64,000 nucleotides of DNA from Gemmatimonadaceae bacterium (GCA_045804245.1 JBJMNN010000196.1:4665-68664); one strand, 5' to 3'. Counted from the stretch's first letter, positions 27,570 through 37,269 are shown. A program made the numbers and translations. The notes: generated by a model from the letters alone, not told the origin.

Positions 27570-29696
27570 ATGCGGCCAAGTCTCGCGTGCACCCTTGCCG
27601 CCATCCTGCTCGCCGTGCGGACAGCCGAGCTGCGTGCCCAGGACGCGACGGTGCCGGCGCAGTCGATGCCGGGGTTCGCGGGGCCGAATGCTGCTGCGCA
27701 GCGCGTTCTCGAGGACGACATCGTCCGACGTCCGCGCGCGGACACCGCCCGTGCGCATTCGCGCGCACTCTCGGTGGAGACACACGTCGCCGGCACACCC
27801 GCCCAGCTGCGTACGCGCGACTACGTGCTCGAGCGGATGCGGGCGATGGGACTGCAGACCGAGGTGCGCAGCTACTTCGTGTTCATGCCGCATGCGACCT
27901 CCGTGCGCCTGTGGCGCACGGCGCCCACGGAGAAGGAGCTGTCCCTTCGCGAGCCAGCCGTCGCGGATGACTCGACGTCGGCTACATGGCAGTACCCGAC
28001 CGTGAACGGCTACAGCGGTGCTGGCGAGGCCGCGGGCGAGATCGTGTACGTGAACTACGGGTTGATCGAGGACTACGCGCGGCTCGACTCGCTCGGCGTA
28101 TCCGTGCGCGGGCGCATCGCCGTCGCACGCTATGGTCGCTCCTTCCGCGGCATCAAGTCGCGCGAGGCGGAACGACATAGCGCCGTGGCGCTGCTCATCT
28201 ACAGCGATCCGCAGAGCGACGGCTACGTGCGCGGAGATGTCTATCCCGAAGGTCCGATGCGCAACTGGGATGGCGTCCAGCGCGGCAGCGTGTTCAACGG
28301 CGCGGGAGATCCGGCCACACCGGGATACGCGAGCACGGCGAACGCACCGCGGCTCCCAGTCGATCGGATGGAGCTCCCGCGCATTCCCGTCGTGCCGATC
28401 TCCTACGCGAACGCGAGCGAGCTGCTGGCCGGCGTGCGCGGCCACGACCTGCCCGCCGGATGGCAGGGCGGCCTCCCCTTCCGCTATCACGTCGGTCCAG
28501 GGCCGGTTCGCGCGCGCGTCATGGTGACGGACGACCGCTCGACGCAGGGTACGAAGCAGATTCACGATACCTTCGGCATTGTCGTCGGCAGCGAGATGCC
28601 CGACGAGCTGGTGATCATGGGTGCGCACCGTGATGCATGGGGGCCCGGCGCGTCGGACAACGTGAGTGGGACGGTGAGCGTGCTGGAAGCGGCGCGGGTC
28701 GTGGCCGACGCCGTGCGCGCCGGGCACCGACCGAAGCGCACGATCGTCTTCGCCACGTGGGATGCCGAGGAGTGGGGAATGCTCGGCTCGACCGAATACG
28801 TGGAGGACGACTCGCTGCGGTTGCTTCGGGGCGCCGTGGCGTATCTCAATCAGGATACGGCGGCCGAAGGCGTGCGCTTCGGAGCGGGGGGCTCGCCCTC
28901 GCTGCGCGCGTTGCTGCGCGACGTCGCGCGACATGTGCCGGATCCGCGCGGGGGAGCGAGCGTCTTCGCCGCGTGGCAGCGCGCGTCGGCGATCGTCGAC
29001 ACGACGTCGCCGCCGATGACCGATCCCGGTGGCGGATCGGATTTCGCCGGCTTTTACAACCACCTCGGGATCCCCATCGTGGACTGGGGCTTCAGCGGCG
29101 AGTCGGGGATGTACCACTCGCAGTACGACGACTTCGCGTGGATGTCGCGATTCGGTGATACGACCTTCGCCTATCACGCCACGGCGGGCGGCATCGGCGC
29201 AGCGATGGTCCTCCGTCTGGCCAACGCCGACATCCTCCCCTACGACTACGTGGAGTTCGCGCGCACGATGCAGCGATACGTGCCCGGGATCGAACGGCAG
29301 ATCGCGAGTCGCGGCTGGACCGCGTCCACGACGGCGCTACGCACGGCGATCGCTCGCATGGAGCGCGAAGCGGCGAGCTTTGCGTCGGCGCGCGATTCCG
29401 CCCTCGCGCGCACACTCACCCGTCCTCGGCGTCGCGCCGCGAACGCCGCGCTGCGCGAGGTCGAACGCGCCCTCACACGACCGATGGGGTTGCGCACGCG
29501 GCCCTGGTACCGCAACCTCATCTACGTCGCCGACGAGAACAACGGCTACGCGAACATGCCGTTCCCGTCCGTCAACGAGGCAATCCGCGATGACGATGAA
29601 GGACTCGCGGTGCGTGAGCTGGCCGATCTCGCGCAACGATTCGACGCTGCAACCCGTGCGCTCACGCACGCGCGCACGGTACTCATTGCACCCTGA
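27570..29696 (+). CDS. M28-family metallopeptidase with PA and transferrin-receptor-like dimerisation domains (glutamate carboxypeptidase II-like)
   Basis: Track ORF 27549..29696. The signal peptide begins at ATG 27570. 'VIMGAHRDAWGPGASDNVSG', 'FATWDAEEWGMLGSTEY', 'GGGSDFAGF', 'YHSQYD'. Confidence 0.85.
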   Translation: MRPSLACTLAAILLAVRTAELRAQDATVPAQSMPGFAGPNAAAQRVLEDDIVRRPRADTARAHSRALSVETHVAGTPAQLRTRDYVLERMRAMGLQTEVRSYFVFMPHATSVRLWRTAPTEKELSLREPAVADDSTSATWQYPTVNGYSGAGEAAGEIVYVNYGLIEDYARLDSLGVSVRGRIAVARYGRSFRGIKSREAERHSAVALLIYSDPQSDGYVRGDVYPEGPMRNWDGVQRGSVFNGAGDPATPGYASTANAPRLPVDRMELPRIPVVPISYANASELLAGVRGHDLPAGWQGGLPFRYHVGPGPVRARVMVTDDRSTQGTKQIHDTFGIVVGSEMPDELVIMGAHRDAWGPGASDNVSGTVSVLEAARVVADAVRAGHRPKRTIVFATWDAEEWGMLGSTEYVEDDSLRLLRGAVAYLNQDTAAEGVRFGAGGSPSLRALLRDVARHVPDPRGGASVFAAWQRASAIVDTTSPPMTDPGGGSDFAGFYNHLGIPIVDWGFSGESGMYHSQYDDFAWMSRFGDTTFAYHATAGGIGAAMVLRLANADILPYDYVEFARTMQRYVPGIERQIASRGWTASTTALRTAIARMEREAASFASARDSALARTLTRPRRRAANAALREVERALTRPMGLRTRPWYRNLIYVADENNGYANMPFPSVNEAIRDDDEGLAVRELADLAQRFDAATRALTHARTVLIAP

Positions 29697-29825
29697 TCGA
29701 GTGCTCATCGAACACGCTGGCTCCGCACGCGGGACCGGCCAAACGCGCCAGCGGTTGAGCTCGCGCCATTTCCCCGGCCTGCCAATTGCGTCGCGGCGCA
29801 AGCCTGAACGGGAGGGGAGGCTAGC

Positions 29826-30569
29826 GTGGTGACCCGAGACGAGAGCACAGGCCTGGCCGTCGCGCGCCTGTCCGAGACTGAGCGAATCGCATTGCAGGGC
29901 TACGCCGCACGCGCGGCGTGGCCCGCTGGTTTTCAGATCTACGAGCGCGGCGCGAACGCGGACGGAGTGTTCATCGTCGTGCGGGGACGCGTCGTGCTGC
30001 GGAGCCGCGTGCGCGCGGGCCGCGGATTCGTTCCCTGGGTCGCGACGCCTGGTGAAACGTTTGGCGCCGAAGGGCTGTCGCCGAACGGACAGTACGCAAC
30101 CGACGCACGCGCCGACGAGGAGACGGAAACGCTCTTTCTCAGCTCCGCGAATCTCCGCGCGTTCGTGCGCGAGCAACCCAATCGCGCGCTCGCGTTGATC
30201 GGTCAGATCATGGCCGAGCGGACCGCGCTGCTCGAGAAGCTGCGGGAGCTCACCACGCTGTCCGTCGAACAGCGACTCGTCGCGGCCCTGCGTCGGCTCG
30301 CCTCGCACGAGAGCTTCCTTACCGCGGACGGACGGATCGAGCTCTGTAGCTCGCGATACCGGCTCCTGTGCGAGCTGGTGGGGGCCACGCGCGAGTCGGT
30401 GTCGCTCGTGCTGGGCCGACTCACGGGTGAGGGCCTCGTCGAGCGTTCGGGAAGCACGTTGTTCGTGACCCCGTCCCAGCGGTTGTTCGAACGACTGGAT
30501 CGCACCGGTGAGGACCTGCTGCTCGTGCCGGCGCTCGCCGAAGTCACGCAGACCGCGCCGCTGCAATAG
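29826..30569 (+). CDS. Crp/Fnr-family transcriptional regulator
   Basis: Track ORF, 247 aa. GTG start preceded by GGGAGGGGAGG. cNMP-binding-like barrel, and a C-terminal HTH 'ELVGATRESVSLVLGRL' with a CRP-like R-E pair. Confidence 0.85.
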   Translation: MVTRDESTGLAVARLSETERIALQGYAARAAWPAGFQIYERGANADGVFIVVRGRVVLRSRVRAGRGFVPWVATPGETFGAEGLSPNGQYATDARADEETETLFLSSANLRAFVREQPNRALALIGQIMAERTALLEKLRELTTLSVEQRLVAALRRLASHESFLTADGRIELCSSRYRLLCELVGATRESVSLVLGRLTGEGLVERSGSTLFVTPSQRLFERLDRTGEDLLLVPALAEVTQTAPLQ

Positions 30570-30637
30570 CCACACGCCGCCCGGCGAACCCGGAACCGTC
30601 TCGCGGGCTTATATTTTCGTCACGCCCGCGAGCCCGC

Positions 30638-31816
30638 ATGTCGCATCTTCCGCTTTCGCCCGCACCGCTCGACGCAGACGAGCTGCAGCGCTATCACCGA
30701 CATCTGATCCTGCCCGAGATCGGTGCGGAGGGTCAGCGCCGACTCAAGGCGGCTCGCGTCCTCCTGATCGGAGCCGGCGGCCTGGGCTCCCCGGCTGCCC
30801 TCTATCTCGCCGCGGCGGGAGTGGGGCATCTCGGCGTCCTCGATGCGGACGACGTGGAGCTCAGCAACCTGCAACGCCAGGTGCTGCACGATACGGAATC
30901 AGTCGGGACGCCGAAGGTCGATTCCGCTGCCACGCGCCTGCGTGCGATCAATCCGCACGTCGACGTGGTCACCCATCGCACGCGGCTCACCAGCGCCAAT
31001 GCGATGCGGCTGTTCGCCGACTACGACGTGGTCGTCGACGGCAGCGACAACTTCCCGACGCGCTATCTCGTCAACGACGCGTGCGTGCTGCTCGGCAAGC
31101 CGAACGTGTACGGCAGCGTCCTTCGCTTCGAGGGACAGGCTTCGGTCTTTTCATTCGGCGACGGGCCCTGCTACCGGTGTCTGTTTCGCGAGCCGCCACC
31201 ACCGGGGCTGGTGCAGAACTGCGCCGACAGCGGAGTCCTCGGCGTGCTCCCTGGGTTGATCGGTGTGGTGCAGGCCGCGGAGACGATCAAGCTGATCACG
31301 GGGGCCGGCGAGACGCTTGCGGGACGGTTGCTGCTCGTCGACGGGCTTCGCATGCGGTTCCGCACGATCGACGTGCCTCGCGATCCGGAGTGCCTCGCCT
31401 GCGGCACGCGCGAGATCACGACGTTGATCGACTACGACGCATTCTGCGGTGTCGCTCCGAACGCTCCCACACACGTCCCGGCGACGCGCGACAGCGACGA
31501 GGAGGAGATCACGCCCCGAGCCCTCGCCGAGCGCATGAGCGCCGGCACGACGCCCTCGCTGCTGGACGTCCGCGAGCCGTACGAGTTCACGATCGCACGA
31601 CTCCCCGGCGCGCGGCTGGTGCCCCTCGACGCCTTGCCCGATGCCGTGTCCGCGCTGGATCCCAGTGCGGAGCTGGTCGTGTACTGTCATCACGGAATAC
31701 GCAGCTCCGACGCGGTCGCATGGCTGCGGGATCGCGGCTTCCAGCGGGTCCGCAACCTCACCGGTGGCATCGACCGGTGGAGCCGCGAGGTCGACCCGTC
31801 GACGCGCCGGTACTGA
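30638..31816 (+). CDS. moeB: ThiF/MoeB-type adenylyltransferase fused to a rhodanese domain (MoeZ-like sulfur-carrier activating enzyme)
   Basis: Track ORF, 392 aa. 'RYHRHLILPEIGAEGQRRL', 'GAGGLGSP', two CxxC pairs (CYRC…CLAC), and a C-terminal rhodanese with 'YCHHGIRS'. Confidence 0.88.
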   Translation: MSHLPLSPAPLDADELQRYHRHLILPEIGAEGQRRLKAARVLLIGAGGLGSPAALYLAAAGVGHLGVLDADDVELSNLQRQVLHDTESVGTPKVDSAATRLRAINPHVDVVTHRTRLTSANAMRLFADYDVVVDGSDNFPTRYLVNDACVLLGKPNVYGSVLRFEGQASVFSFGDGPCYRCLFREPPPPGLVQNCADSGVLGVLPGLIGVVQAAETIKLITGAGETLAGRLLLVDGLRMRFRTIDVPRDPECLACGTREITTLIDYDAFCGVAPNAPTHVPATRDSDEEEITPRALAERMSAGTTPSLLDVREPYEFTIARLPGARLVPLDALPDAVSALDPSAELVVYCHHGIRSSDAVAWLRDRGFQRVRNLTGGIDRWSREVDPSTRRY

Positions 31817-31844
31817 TCGACCACCACGTGGACCCCTTCGGCTG

Positions 31845-32717
31845 ATGCTCGCGGCCCTGGTGCTCGCGGTGGGCATCGCAGCGGGACTGCTGCGCGTGCG
31901 GGGGGCCCGGCGTGCGGAGCGTGCCTACGCGGACCGGCGGCCGCCGAACGTCGACGGCATCGTACCGGGGGCCGAGGGCTTCACGCTCGAGGGACGCACG
32001 GGCCGCGCGCTGTTGATGCTCCACGGCTTCGGGGACACGCCACAGACGCTGCGCTACCTCGGAGGTCGACTGCACGCCGCCGGGTTCACCGTTCATGCGC
32101 CCCTTCTCCTCGGACACGGACGGGGCCTGCGCGACTTCGCCACGGCGAGCGCGGAGGACTACGTATCCTCCGCGCGCGACGAGCTCGCGCGGCTCCGCGA
32201 GCGTGCGCCCTGGCTCGGGGTGATCGGCCTCTCGATGGGCGGCGCCATCGCTGCGAGGCTCGCCGCCGAAGCCGACGATGTTCGCATCCTCGCACTGCTG
32301 GCTCCCTATCTCACGCCGCCACGTGCTGTGGAGCTCGTGGCGCGGACGGCGCCACTCTGGTCCGTGCTCACGCCGTATCTCCGCGGTCGCGCCGGTGATG
32401 CGTCCGTGCACGATCCGGTCGCGCGCGACTCGAGCTTCGCTTACGGGTTGTTTCCGCCGCGCGCGGTGCGTGCGCTCTGTGCGACGGCGGCGGCTGGTCG
32501 CCGTGCGCTGCCGTCGATCACCGTGCCGACCCTCGTGGTGAACTCCCGCGAGGACAACCGCATCCCGCTCGCGCTGGCCGAGACGGCGACGGCGAGTCTC
32601 GCCGGGCCCACCGAGCGCCAGTGGGTGACGGGGTGTGGCCACGTCATCACGGTGGACTACTGCCGTGACGTGGTAGCGAACCTGGTGCTCGACTTCCTCG
32701 CGCGCCACGCCGACTGA
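31845..32717 (+). CDS. Alpha/beta hydrolase (carboxylesterase/lysophospholipase-like)
   Basis: Tail of track ORF 31641..32717 from ATG 31845. 'LLMLHGFGDTP', nucleophile elbow 'GLSMGG'. Confidence 0.75.
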   Translation: MLAALVLAVGIAAGLLRVRGARRAERAYADRRPPNVDGIVPGAEGFTLEGRTGRALLMLHGFGDTPQTLRYLGGRLHAAGFTVHAPLLLGHGRGLRDFATASAEDYVSSARDELARLRERAPWLGVIGLSMGGAIAARLAAEADDVRILALLAPYLTPPRAVELVARTAPLWSVLTPYLRGRAGDASVHDPVARDSSFAYGLFPPRAVRALCATAAAGRRALPSITVPTLVVNSREDNRIPLALAETATASLAGPTERQWVTGCGHVITVDYCRDVVANLVLDFLARHAD

Positions 32718-32748
32718 GGACGTCGGCGTGGCGCGCGCCGTGGTGCGG

Positions 32749-33189
32749 TCAGCCCGAGACGCGCTCCACGATGTTCTCGCTCAACTCCTTCACGGCATCG
32801 ACGCCGTGCGAAACCGCCGTCTGCGCCTGCTCCACGACGCCGGTCGCGACGCGCTTCACTCGATCGAGGGGCGACGTCTTGCGGCGGCCGCCCATGCGCT
32901 TGGCCGTCGAGCGCTTCGCCGATGATTGCTTGGCACCGCCCCGCTTCGCGCCGCCACGCTTCGCCGCGCCACGCGAGGTCGCGCCGCGCGCCGACGACTT
33001 CTTGGCCGCGCCCTTTCTCGCCGCCGCACCCTTCTTCGCGGCGCCCTTCTTGGCCGCCCCCTTGCGCGCGCCGCCCTTCTTCGCCGACGAGCGCTTGGCG
33101 CCACGCTTGGCGCCACGCTTGGCGCCACCGCGGCGCGCCGAGCCTTTGCTCGCGCTTCGCTTGCTGCCGCCCTTCTTCTTCGTTGCCAT
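32749..33189 (-). CDS. Histone H1-like Lys/Arg/Ala-repeat protein with a short helical C-terminal domain (146 aa)
   Basis: Last 146 codons of track ORF 32749..34530, from the ATG at 33187-33189: MATKKKGGSKRSASKGSARRGGAKRGAKRGAKR…AAKKGAAKKGAA…. Confidence 0.65.
   Translation of the reverse strand: MATKKKGGSKRSASKGSARRGGAKRGAKRGAKRSSAKKGGARKGAAKKGAAKKGAAARKGAAKKSSARGATSRGAAKRGGAKRGGAKQSSAKRSTAKRMGGRRKTSPLDRVKRVATGVVEQAQTAVSHGVDAVKELSENIVERVSG
33092..33127 (-). repeat. Three perfect tandem copies of a 12-nt unit (CGCTTGGCGCCA on the plus strand) inside the H1-like gene
   Basis: Read directly from the sequence. Encodes (GAKR)x3 on the minus strand. Confidence 0.9.
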
Positions 33190-33516
33190 CGCTGCGTCTC
33201 CTCTGCCGGTTGGTGGCTCTCGGTGCTGCGCGAGATCGTGGCCGTGTGCGCAAGATTCGGGCGCATGGTCGCGTCCGTCGATCCTGCCGCCACGAGTGAT
33301 GCAACTGCGTACGTCGAGTGATCGCCTGACGTCGCCGCGCGCCCTGCATGCGCGGCACCGCGTCGAAGCGTACGCTCGAGCGGTGCGCGTCGCCGACGAT
33401 CCGGGACTGCGACGACAGGAACATGGAGTCTGGCGCCGCAACCGGCCAGCGGTGCGACGATGTGGCGTGCGTCGCCGACGCTTGCCGGCCGACGCGTGGC
33501 TGCGCACCATTGGGGC

Positions 33517-34509
33517 ATGGCGCCGCTGAATCTGACGCAACTCACCATCGGGGAGCGCGTTCAGCACGAGCTGATCGTCGTCGATCGGGTGGAGAAGACC
33601 CAGGGCAACGGCGATCCATTCGTGCTCCTTACACTCGGCAACGCCTCGGGGTCGATCGGTGTGGCGCCGATCTGGTCGAATCAGCGCGAGTGGGCGGACG
33701 GCGCCGACCGTGGGCGCGTGGTGCAGGCGATCGGACAGGTGGGACTCTACCAGAAGACGGGCAAGCGGCAGATCCATCTCGCCGGACCGCTGCGCGTGCT
33801 GCCGACAGAACAGGTGGATCTCCACGCGTTCCTGCCACGCATCGCCGGGGGCACGACGAGGCTCTGGGACTGGATCGACAAGCGTCGCGCCGAGATCGCG
33901 ACACCCGCCCTGCGACGGGTCGTGGATCTCTTCTATGCGGACGACAACTTCCGCCTCCAGCTGGAGCACACGCCCGGCTCGGTGAACGGTCATCACGCGA
34001 AGCTGGGTGGCCTGCTGCTCCACGTCTTCGAGGTCACCTCGATCGCCAGAAACATGGCCAGGACGATGAACGCGAACGCGGACCTCGTCGTCGCCGGCGC
34101 GCTGCTGCACGACGTCGGCAAAGTCGAGGCGTACGAGATCGACGGCGGCGGCTTCGGCTACACGCCGTGCGGGCTGCTGCTCGGCCACGTGGTCCTCGGA
34201 TGCCTCATGCTCGAGCGCCGGCGCGTCGCGGCGGGCCGCTCGGTCTGCAGCGACGGACAGCTGCTCGACCTGCAGCACATGATCCTCTCCCATCATGGCT
34301 CGCTGGAGTTCGGGAGCCCGGTCCAGCCGATGACCGCGGAAGCGGAGATCGTGCACTGGGCCGACGAGGCGAGCGCCAAGGCGAACGACATGATCGAGTC
34401 GCTCGAGGACTCCGAGGCGTTCGCACCCGGGAAGGAGCTCTCGGACAAGCGGCCCTGGCGAGTGGGCCGTCGCATCTGGCGTCGTCCCGACGGCACCTGG
34501 GAGGGCTAG
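33517..34509 (+). CDS. yhaM: OB-fold plus HD-domain 3'-5' exoribonuclease, YhaM-like
   Basis: Track ORF 33460..34509 trimmed to ATG 33517. N-terminal OB ('VEKTQGNGDPFVLLTLGNASG') and HD domain ('HHAKLGGLLLH…GALLHDVGK…SHHG'). Confidence 0.75.
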   Translation: MAPLNLTQLTIGERVQHELIVVDRVEKTQGNGDPFVLLTLGNASGSIGVAPIWSNQREWADGADRGRVVQAIGQVGLYQKTGKRQIHLAGPLRVLPTEQVDLHAFLPRIAGGTTRLWDWIDKRRAEIATPALRRVVDLFYADDNFRLQLEHTPGSVNGHHAKLGGLLLHVFEVTSIARNMARTMNANADLVVAGALLHDVGKVEAYEIDGGGFGYTPCGLLLGHVVLGCLMLERRRVAAGRSVCSDGQLLDLQHMILSHHGSLEFGSPVQPMTAEAEIVHWADEASAKANDMIESLEDSEAFAPGKELSDKRPWRVGRRIWRRPDGTWEG

Positions 34510-34559
34510 CCCCGCACGCCGCCGTAACACGAGCGCACGCTCTCTCGAGAGCTGCGCGT

Positions 34560-35273
34560 TCAGGGCCAGGGATGCTTTTTGGAGTACGGGATCCCGAACA
34601 CGGCGGCGAGGGTCGCCGAAGGGTCCTCGCTCCGCACGACGACATCGAGCACGTCACCCGACCGCATGACGCGCGTGAAGTCGCGATACCGTCCGTACGA
34701 GTGGAAGAACCCGGACGGGCCTGGCCGCGTGATGCGGCCGAGCAGGATGTCGAGGACCCCGAGCTGATGGAAGGCGTAAAAGGAGTTCAGCGTCTGGAAT
34801 CGCGGGAGATCGCTCTCGACGATGCCGCGCGGCAGGAGTCCGTGCTTGCCCCACTGCACGTCGACGGCAGGCGTGCCGCGACCGCGCCAGTCGGCGTGCA
34901 GCACTTTGCCATGCCAATACGTCCATACATCGGTGGGTGCACCGCTGGGGTCGTAGCCGACCCAGACGATCTCCTCGTCGGTAGGCACCGTGAACGGGAT
35001 CCAGGCACCGTGGACGTCGTCCTTCCAGAGCAGGTGGTAACCGATGATCGGCCGTGTTGGGTGGGCAACGGCGACGGCGCGCTCGAGAGGGAACCATTCA
35101 TCTCGCTGGAGGTATAGAAGTGGCGCGAGTCTATGCGCGAGCCTGGCGATGCTGTCCGTCTCGGAGAGGGCGCCAACCACGGTCAGTGGCCGTGGGGGAA
35201 GATGCGCCCGTGGCCCGCAGGCGCAGAGAATTCCAAGGCCGACACAGAGGGCGGCGCGCAAATCACATCGCAA
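34560..35273 (-). CDS. Hypothetical lipoprotein
   Basis: Track ORF, 237 aa. Lipobox 'LCAC'. Trp/His-rich and non-repetitive. No family recognised. Confidence 0.55.
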   Translation of the reverse strand: MRCDLRAALCVGLGILCACGPRAHLPPRPLTVVGALSETDSIARLAHRLAPLLYLQRDEWFPLERAVAVAHPTRPIIGYHLLWKDDVHGAWIPFTVPTDEEIVWVGYDPSGAPTDVWTYWHGKVLHADWRGRGTPAVDVQWGKHGLLPRGIVESDLPRFQTLNSFYAFHQLGVLDILLGRITRPGPSGFFHSYGRYRDFTRVMRSGDVLDVVVRSEDPSATLAAVFGIPYSKKHPWP

Positions 35274-35374
35274 GACGATGCCCCACTGTGCTTTAGGCGC
35301 TTTGAGGGTTACTATTCGTCACGGCGGCCCGGCGCCTGGATCACCGGGTGGTTTGAAAACCTTCTGGAGGGCCA

Positions 35375-35584
35375 ATGCGCAAGCCGCGCCCGGCTACGTA
35401 TAACCCAGTGCAAGCGCTCCACTTGATCGCAAACGACCGGAACGGTTCGCCGCTGAGCTGTCCGTCGTGCTCTGGGCAAATCGAACGAACTCCTGACGAT
35501 TTCCCGCCGCCTCCGCGCTCGCAGGTCACGCTGCAGTGTCGTGCATGCGGCCGTGTCGCACGGTACATCGCTGGCGCCGCGTAA
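35375..35584 (+). CDS. Small zinc-ribbon protein, 69 aa
   Basis: Track ORF with two CxxC pairs (CPSC … CRAC). It is followed by its own intrinsic terminator at 35632-35665. Confidence 0.45.
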   Translation: MRKPRPATYNPVQALHLIANDRNGSPLSCPSCSGQIERTPDDFPPPPRSQVTLQCRACGRVARYIAGAA

Positions 35585-35631
35585 CAGCCTGAACTGTCAG
35601 GGACACCGACACGCAGCACCACCCATCGCGA

Positions 35632-35665
35632 AACGGGGCCCGATTCGGCCCCGTTCTCGCTTTTC
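35632..35665 (+). terminator. Intrinsic terminator
   Basis: AACGGGGCC-CGATTC-GGCCCCGTT followed by CTCGCTTTTCT. Confidence 0.75.
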
Positions 35666-35858
35666 TGGACGGCGTGCGCGACGGCAACTCCTCGTGTGCA
35701 CAAAACTTGCCCGATTCGACGGTACGTCCCGCCCCGAGAGCCGCAAGCACGGCGCGACGGGGCATCACAGGGATCACGTGGGACGAGCGGCGGCCGGCGA
35801 TCGGCCCATCCCCTCGCACGCGCGATCAGGCTCCATAGCTCGGTACGAGGTACGGTTC

Positions 35859-36068
35859 ATGGCTCGCATCAATGGAACGGTGAAGTGGTTCAACGACGCG
35901 AAGGGTTTCGGTTTCATCTCGCGTGAGGGAGGTCCTGACGTCTTCGTGCACTTCAGCGCCATCCAGGGGAACGGATTCAAATCGCTCGCCGAAGGTGACA
36001 AGGTCGAGTTCGAGATCGTGCAGGGTCAGAAGGGGCCGCAGGCGGCTGACGTGACCAAGATCAGCTGA
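35859..36068 (+). CDS. Cold-shock protein (CspA family), second copy
   Basis: [54 protein letters not shown]…. Confidence 0.93.
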   Translation: MARINGTVKWFNDAKGFGFISREGGPDVFVHFSAIQGNGFKSLAEGDKVEFEIVQGQKGPQAADVTKIS

Positions 36069-36112
36069 TCGCACCCGATTGCTCGCGGCACGCTGCTCCA
36101 CCCGATCTCGAT

Positions 36113-36142
36113 GAACGCCCGGGCGCATGCGCCCGGGCGTTC
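36113..36142 (+). terminator. Perfect 30-nt palindrome GAACGCCCGGGCGCATGCGCCCGGGCGTTC (13-bp-stem hairpin) after csp; no U tract
   Basis: Read directly from the sequence; the reverse complement is identical. The ATG of track ORF 36127 lies in its loop. Confidence 0.55.
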
Positions 36143-36222
36143 GTGTCTCCATTGCGTCCCGATCCATCTCCGCGAACCGGACGCGTGCGATCGGGCACCC
36201 GAATTGCCGATTGCTGGCGATC

Positions 36223-37269
36223 GTGTCCAGTGTGCGTGCGCCGCTCCCGGAGCCGATGTACGCCACCCTCGGTCACGCGCTCCCGCGCGATGGCGGGTGG
36301 ACGTACGAGCCGAAGTATGATGGCATGCGCGTGCTCGCCGATATTTCGGCGCGCCACGTGCGCCTGGTGACGCGCAACGGCAAGGAGAAGCAGGCGCAGT
36401 TTCCGGAAGTCGTTGCGGCGCTCCGCTCGTTCGCTGTCCGGATCGGCCACGGCGCTGTGCTCGACGGTGAAGTCGTCGCGCGCCGCCGACGGTCACGCAC
36501 CACGGCACCCGTGGCGAGCGAGTTTCAGCCGCTGCAAGCGCGCATGCACCTCAAAGATGCGGGCGAGATCGCACGGCTCTCCCTGGAAGCGCCCGCGACG
36601 CTCATGGTGTTCGACCTCTTGCGCGACGGCCGCACGACGCTGACGTCGCGTCCCTGGAGCGAGCGGCGTGCCCGGCTCGAGGCGCTGTTCACAGCCGCAC
36701 CGGGTGATCCAGCGCTCCGAATCAGCGACACGAGCACGCGTGGCGCCACGATGCTCGCACGGGCGCGCCGGGCCGGCTGGGAGGGGATCATCGCGAAGCG
36801 CACCGATGCCCGGTATCAGCCGGGCGCGCGCTCCGACGACTGGCTCAAGCTCAAGCTCCAATTTCGCGCGGAGTTCGTCGTCGGCGGATTCACGGAGCCG
36901 CGCAAGTCGCGTCCGTACCTCGGCGCGTTGCTGCTCGGAGCGTACGACGCTTCGGGCCGCTTCATCTACGTCGGGCATATGGGTGGCGGCTTCGACCGCG
37001 AGGGGCTACGGGCGATGCGCGAGCGGCTGGACAAGATCGAGCGTCGTGCATCACCATTCGAGGTCGCGCCACGGACCAACGAACCGGCGCACTGGGTCGC
37101 GCCGAAGCTGGTCGTGGAAACCAAGTTCGCCGAGTGGACGTCCGATGGCCGGTTGCGCCAGCCGATCTTCCTCGGCCTACGTGAGGACAAGGCGCCGCGC
37201 GACGTGACGATCGAGGGCGTGAGCATGCAGCGGTGGGGCACGGGCGAGATCGCAAATGACGCCGCGTAA
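36223..37269 (+). CDS. ligD: ATP-dependent DNA ligase, LigD ligase-domain type
   Basis: Track ORF 36127..37269. 'PMYATL', motif I 'YEPKYDGMRV', 'EGIIAKRTDARYQPGARSDDWLKLK'. Start uncertain: I prefer GTG 36223 because ATG 36127 lies inside the palindrome. Confidence 0.85.
   Translation: MSSVRAPLPEPMYATLGHALPRDGGWTYEPKYDGMRVLADISARHVRLVTRNGKEKQAQFPEVVAALRSFAVRIGHGAVLDGEVVARRRRSRTTAPVASEFQPLQARMHLKDAGEIARLSLEAPATLMVFDLLRDGRTTLTSRPWSERRARLEALFTAAPGDPALRISDTSTRGATMLARARRAGWEGIIAKRTDARYQPGARSDDWLKLKLQFRAEFVVGGFTEPRKSRPYLGALLLGAYDASGRFIYVGHMGGGFDREGLRAMRERLDKIERRASPFEVAPRTNEPAHWVAPKLVVETKFAEWTSDGRLRQPIFLGLREDKAPRDVTIEGVSMQRWGTGEIANDAA

Noticed and set aside
30638-31816. MoeZ-like adenylyltransferase-rhodanese as part of a selenium-delivery system linked to the candidate selenoprotein
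   Set aside because: The idea rests only on the rhodanese domain. The gene is 15 kb from the candidate selenoprotein, with no selD or ybbB-type gene nearby, and the ordinary molybdopterin/thiocarboxylate role explains it.
33190-34530. Upstream 447 codons of the 593-aa minus-strand track ORF 32749..34530
   Set aside because: This part is antisense to the well-supported YhaM-like gene and has no motifs. Only the last 146 codons (the H1-like protein, with its own ATG at 33189) look real.
36127-36222. ATG 36127 as the LigD ligase start
   Set aside because: This ATG sits in the loop of the perfect 30-nt palindrome that follows the csp gene. The encoded 32 residues are not part of the ligase fold (the domain begins near PMYATL).
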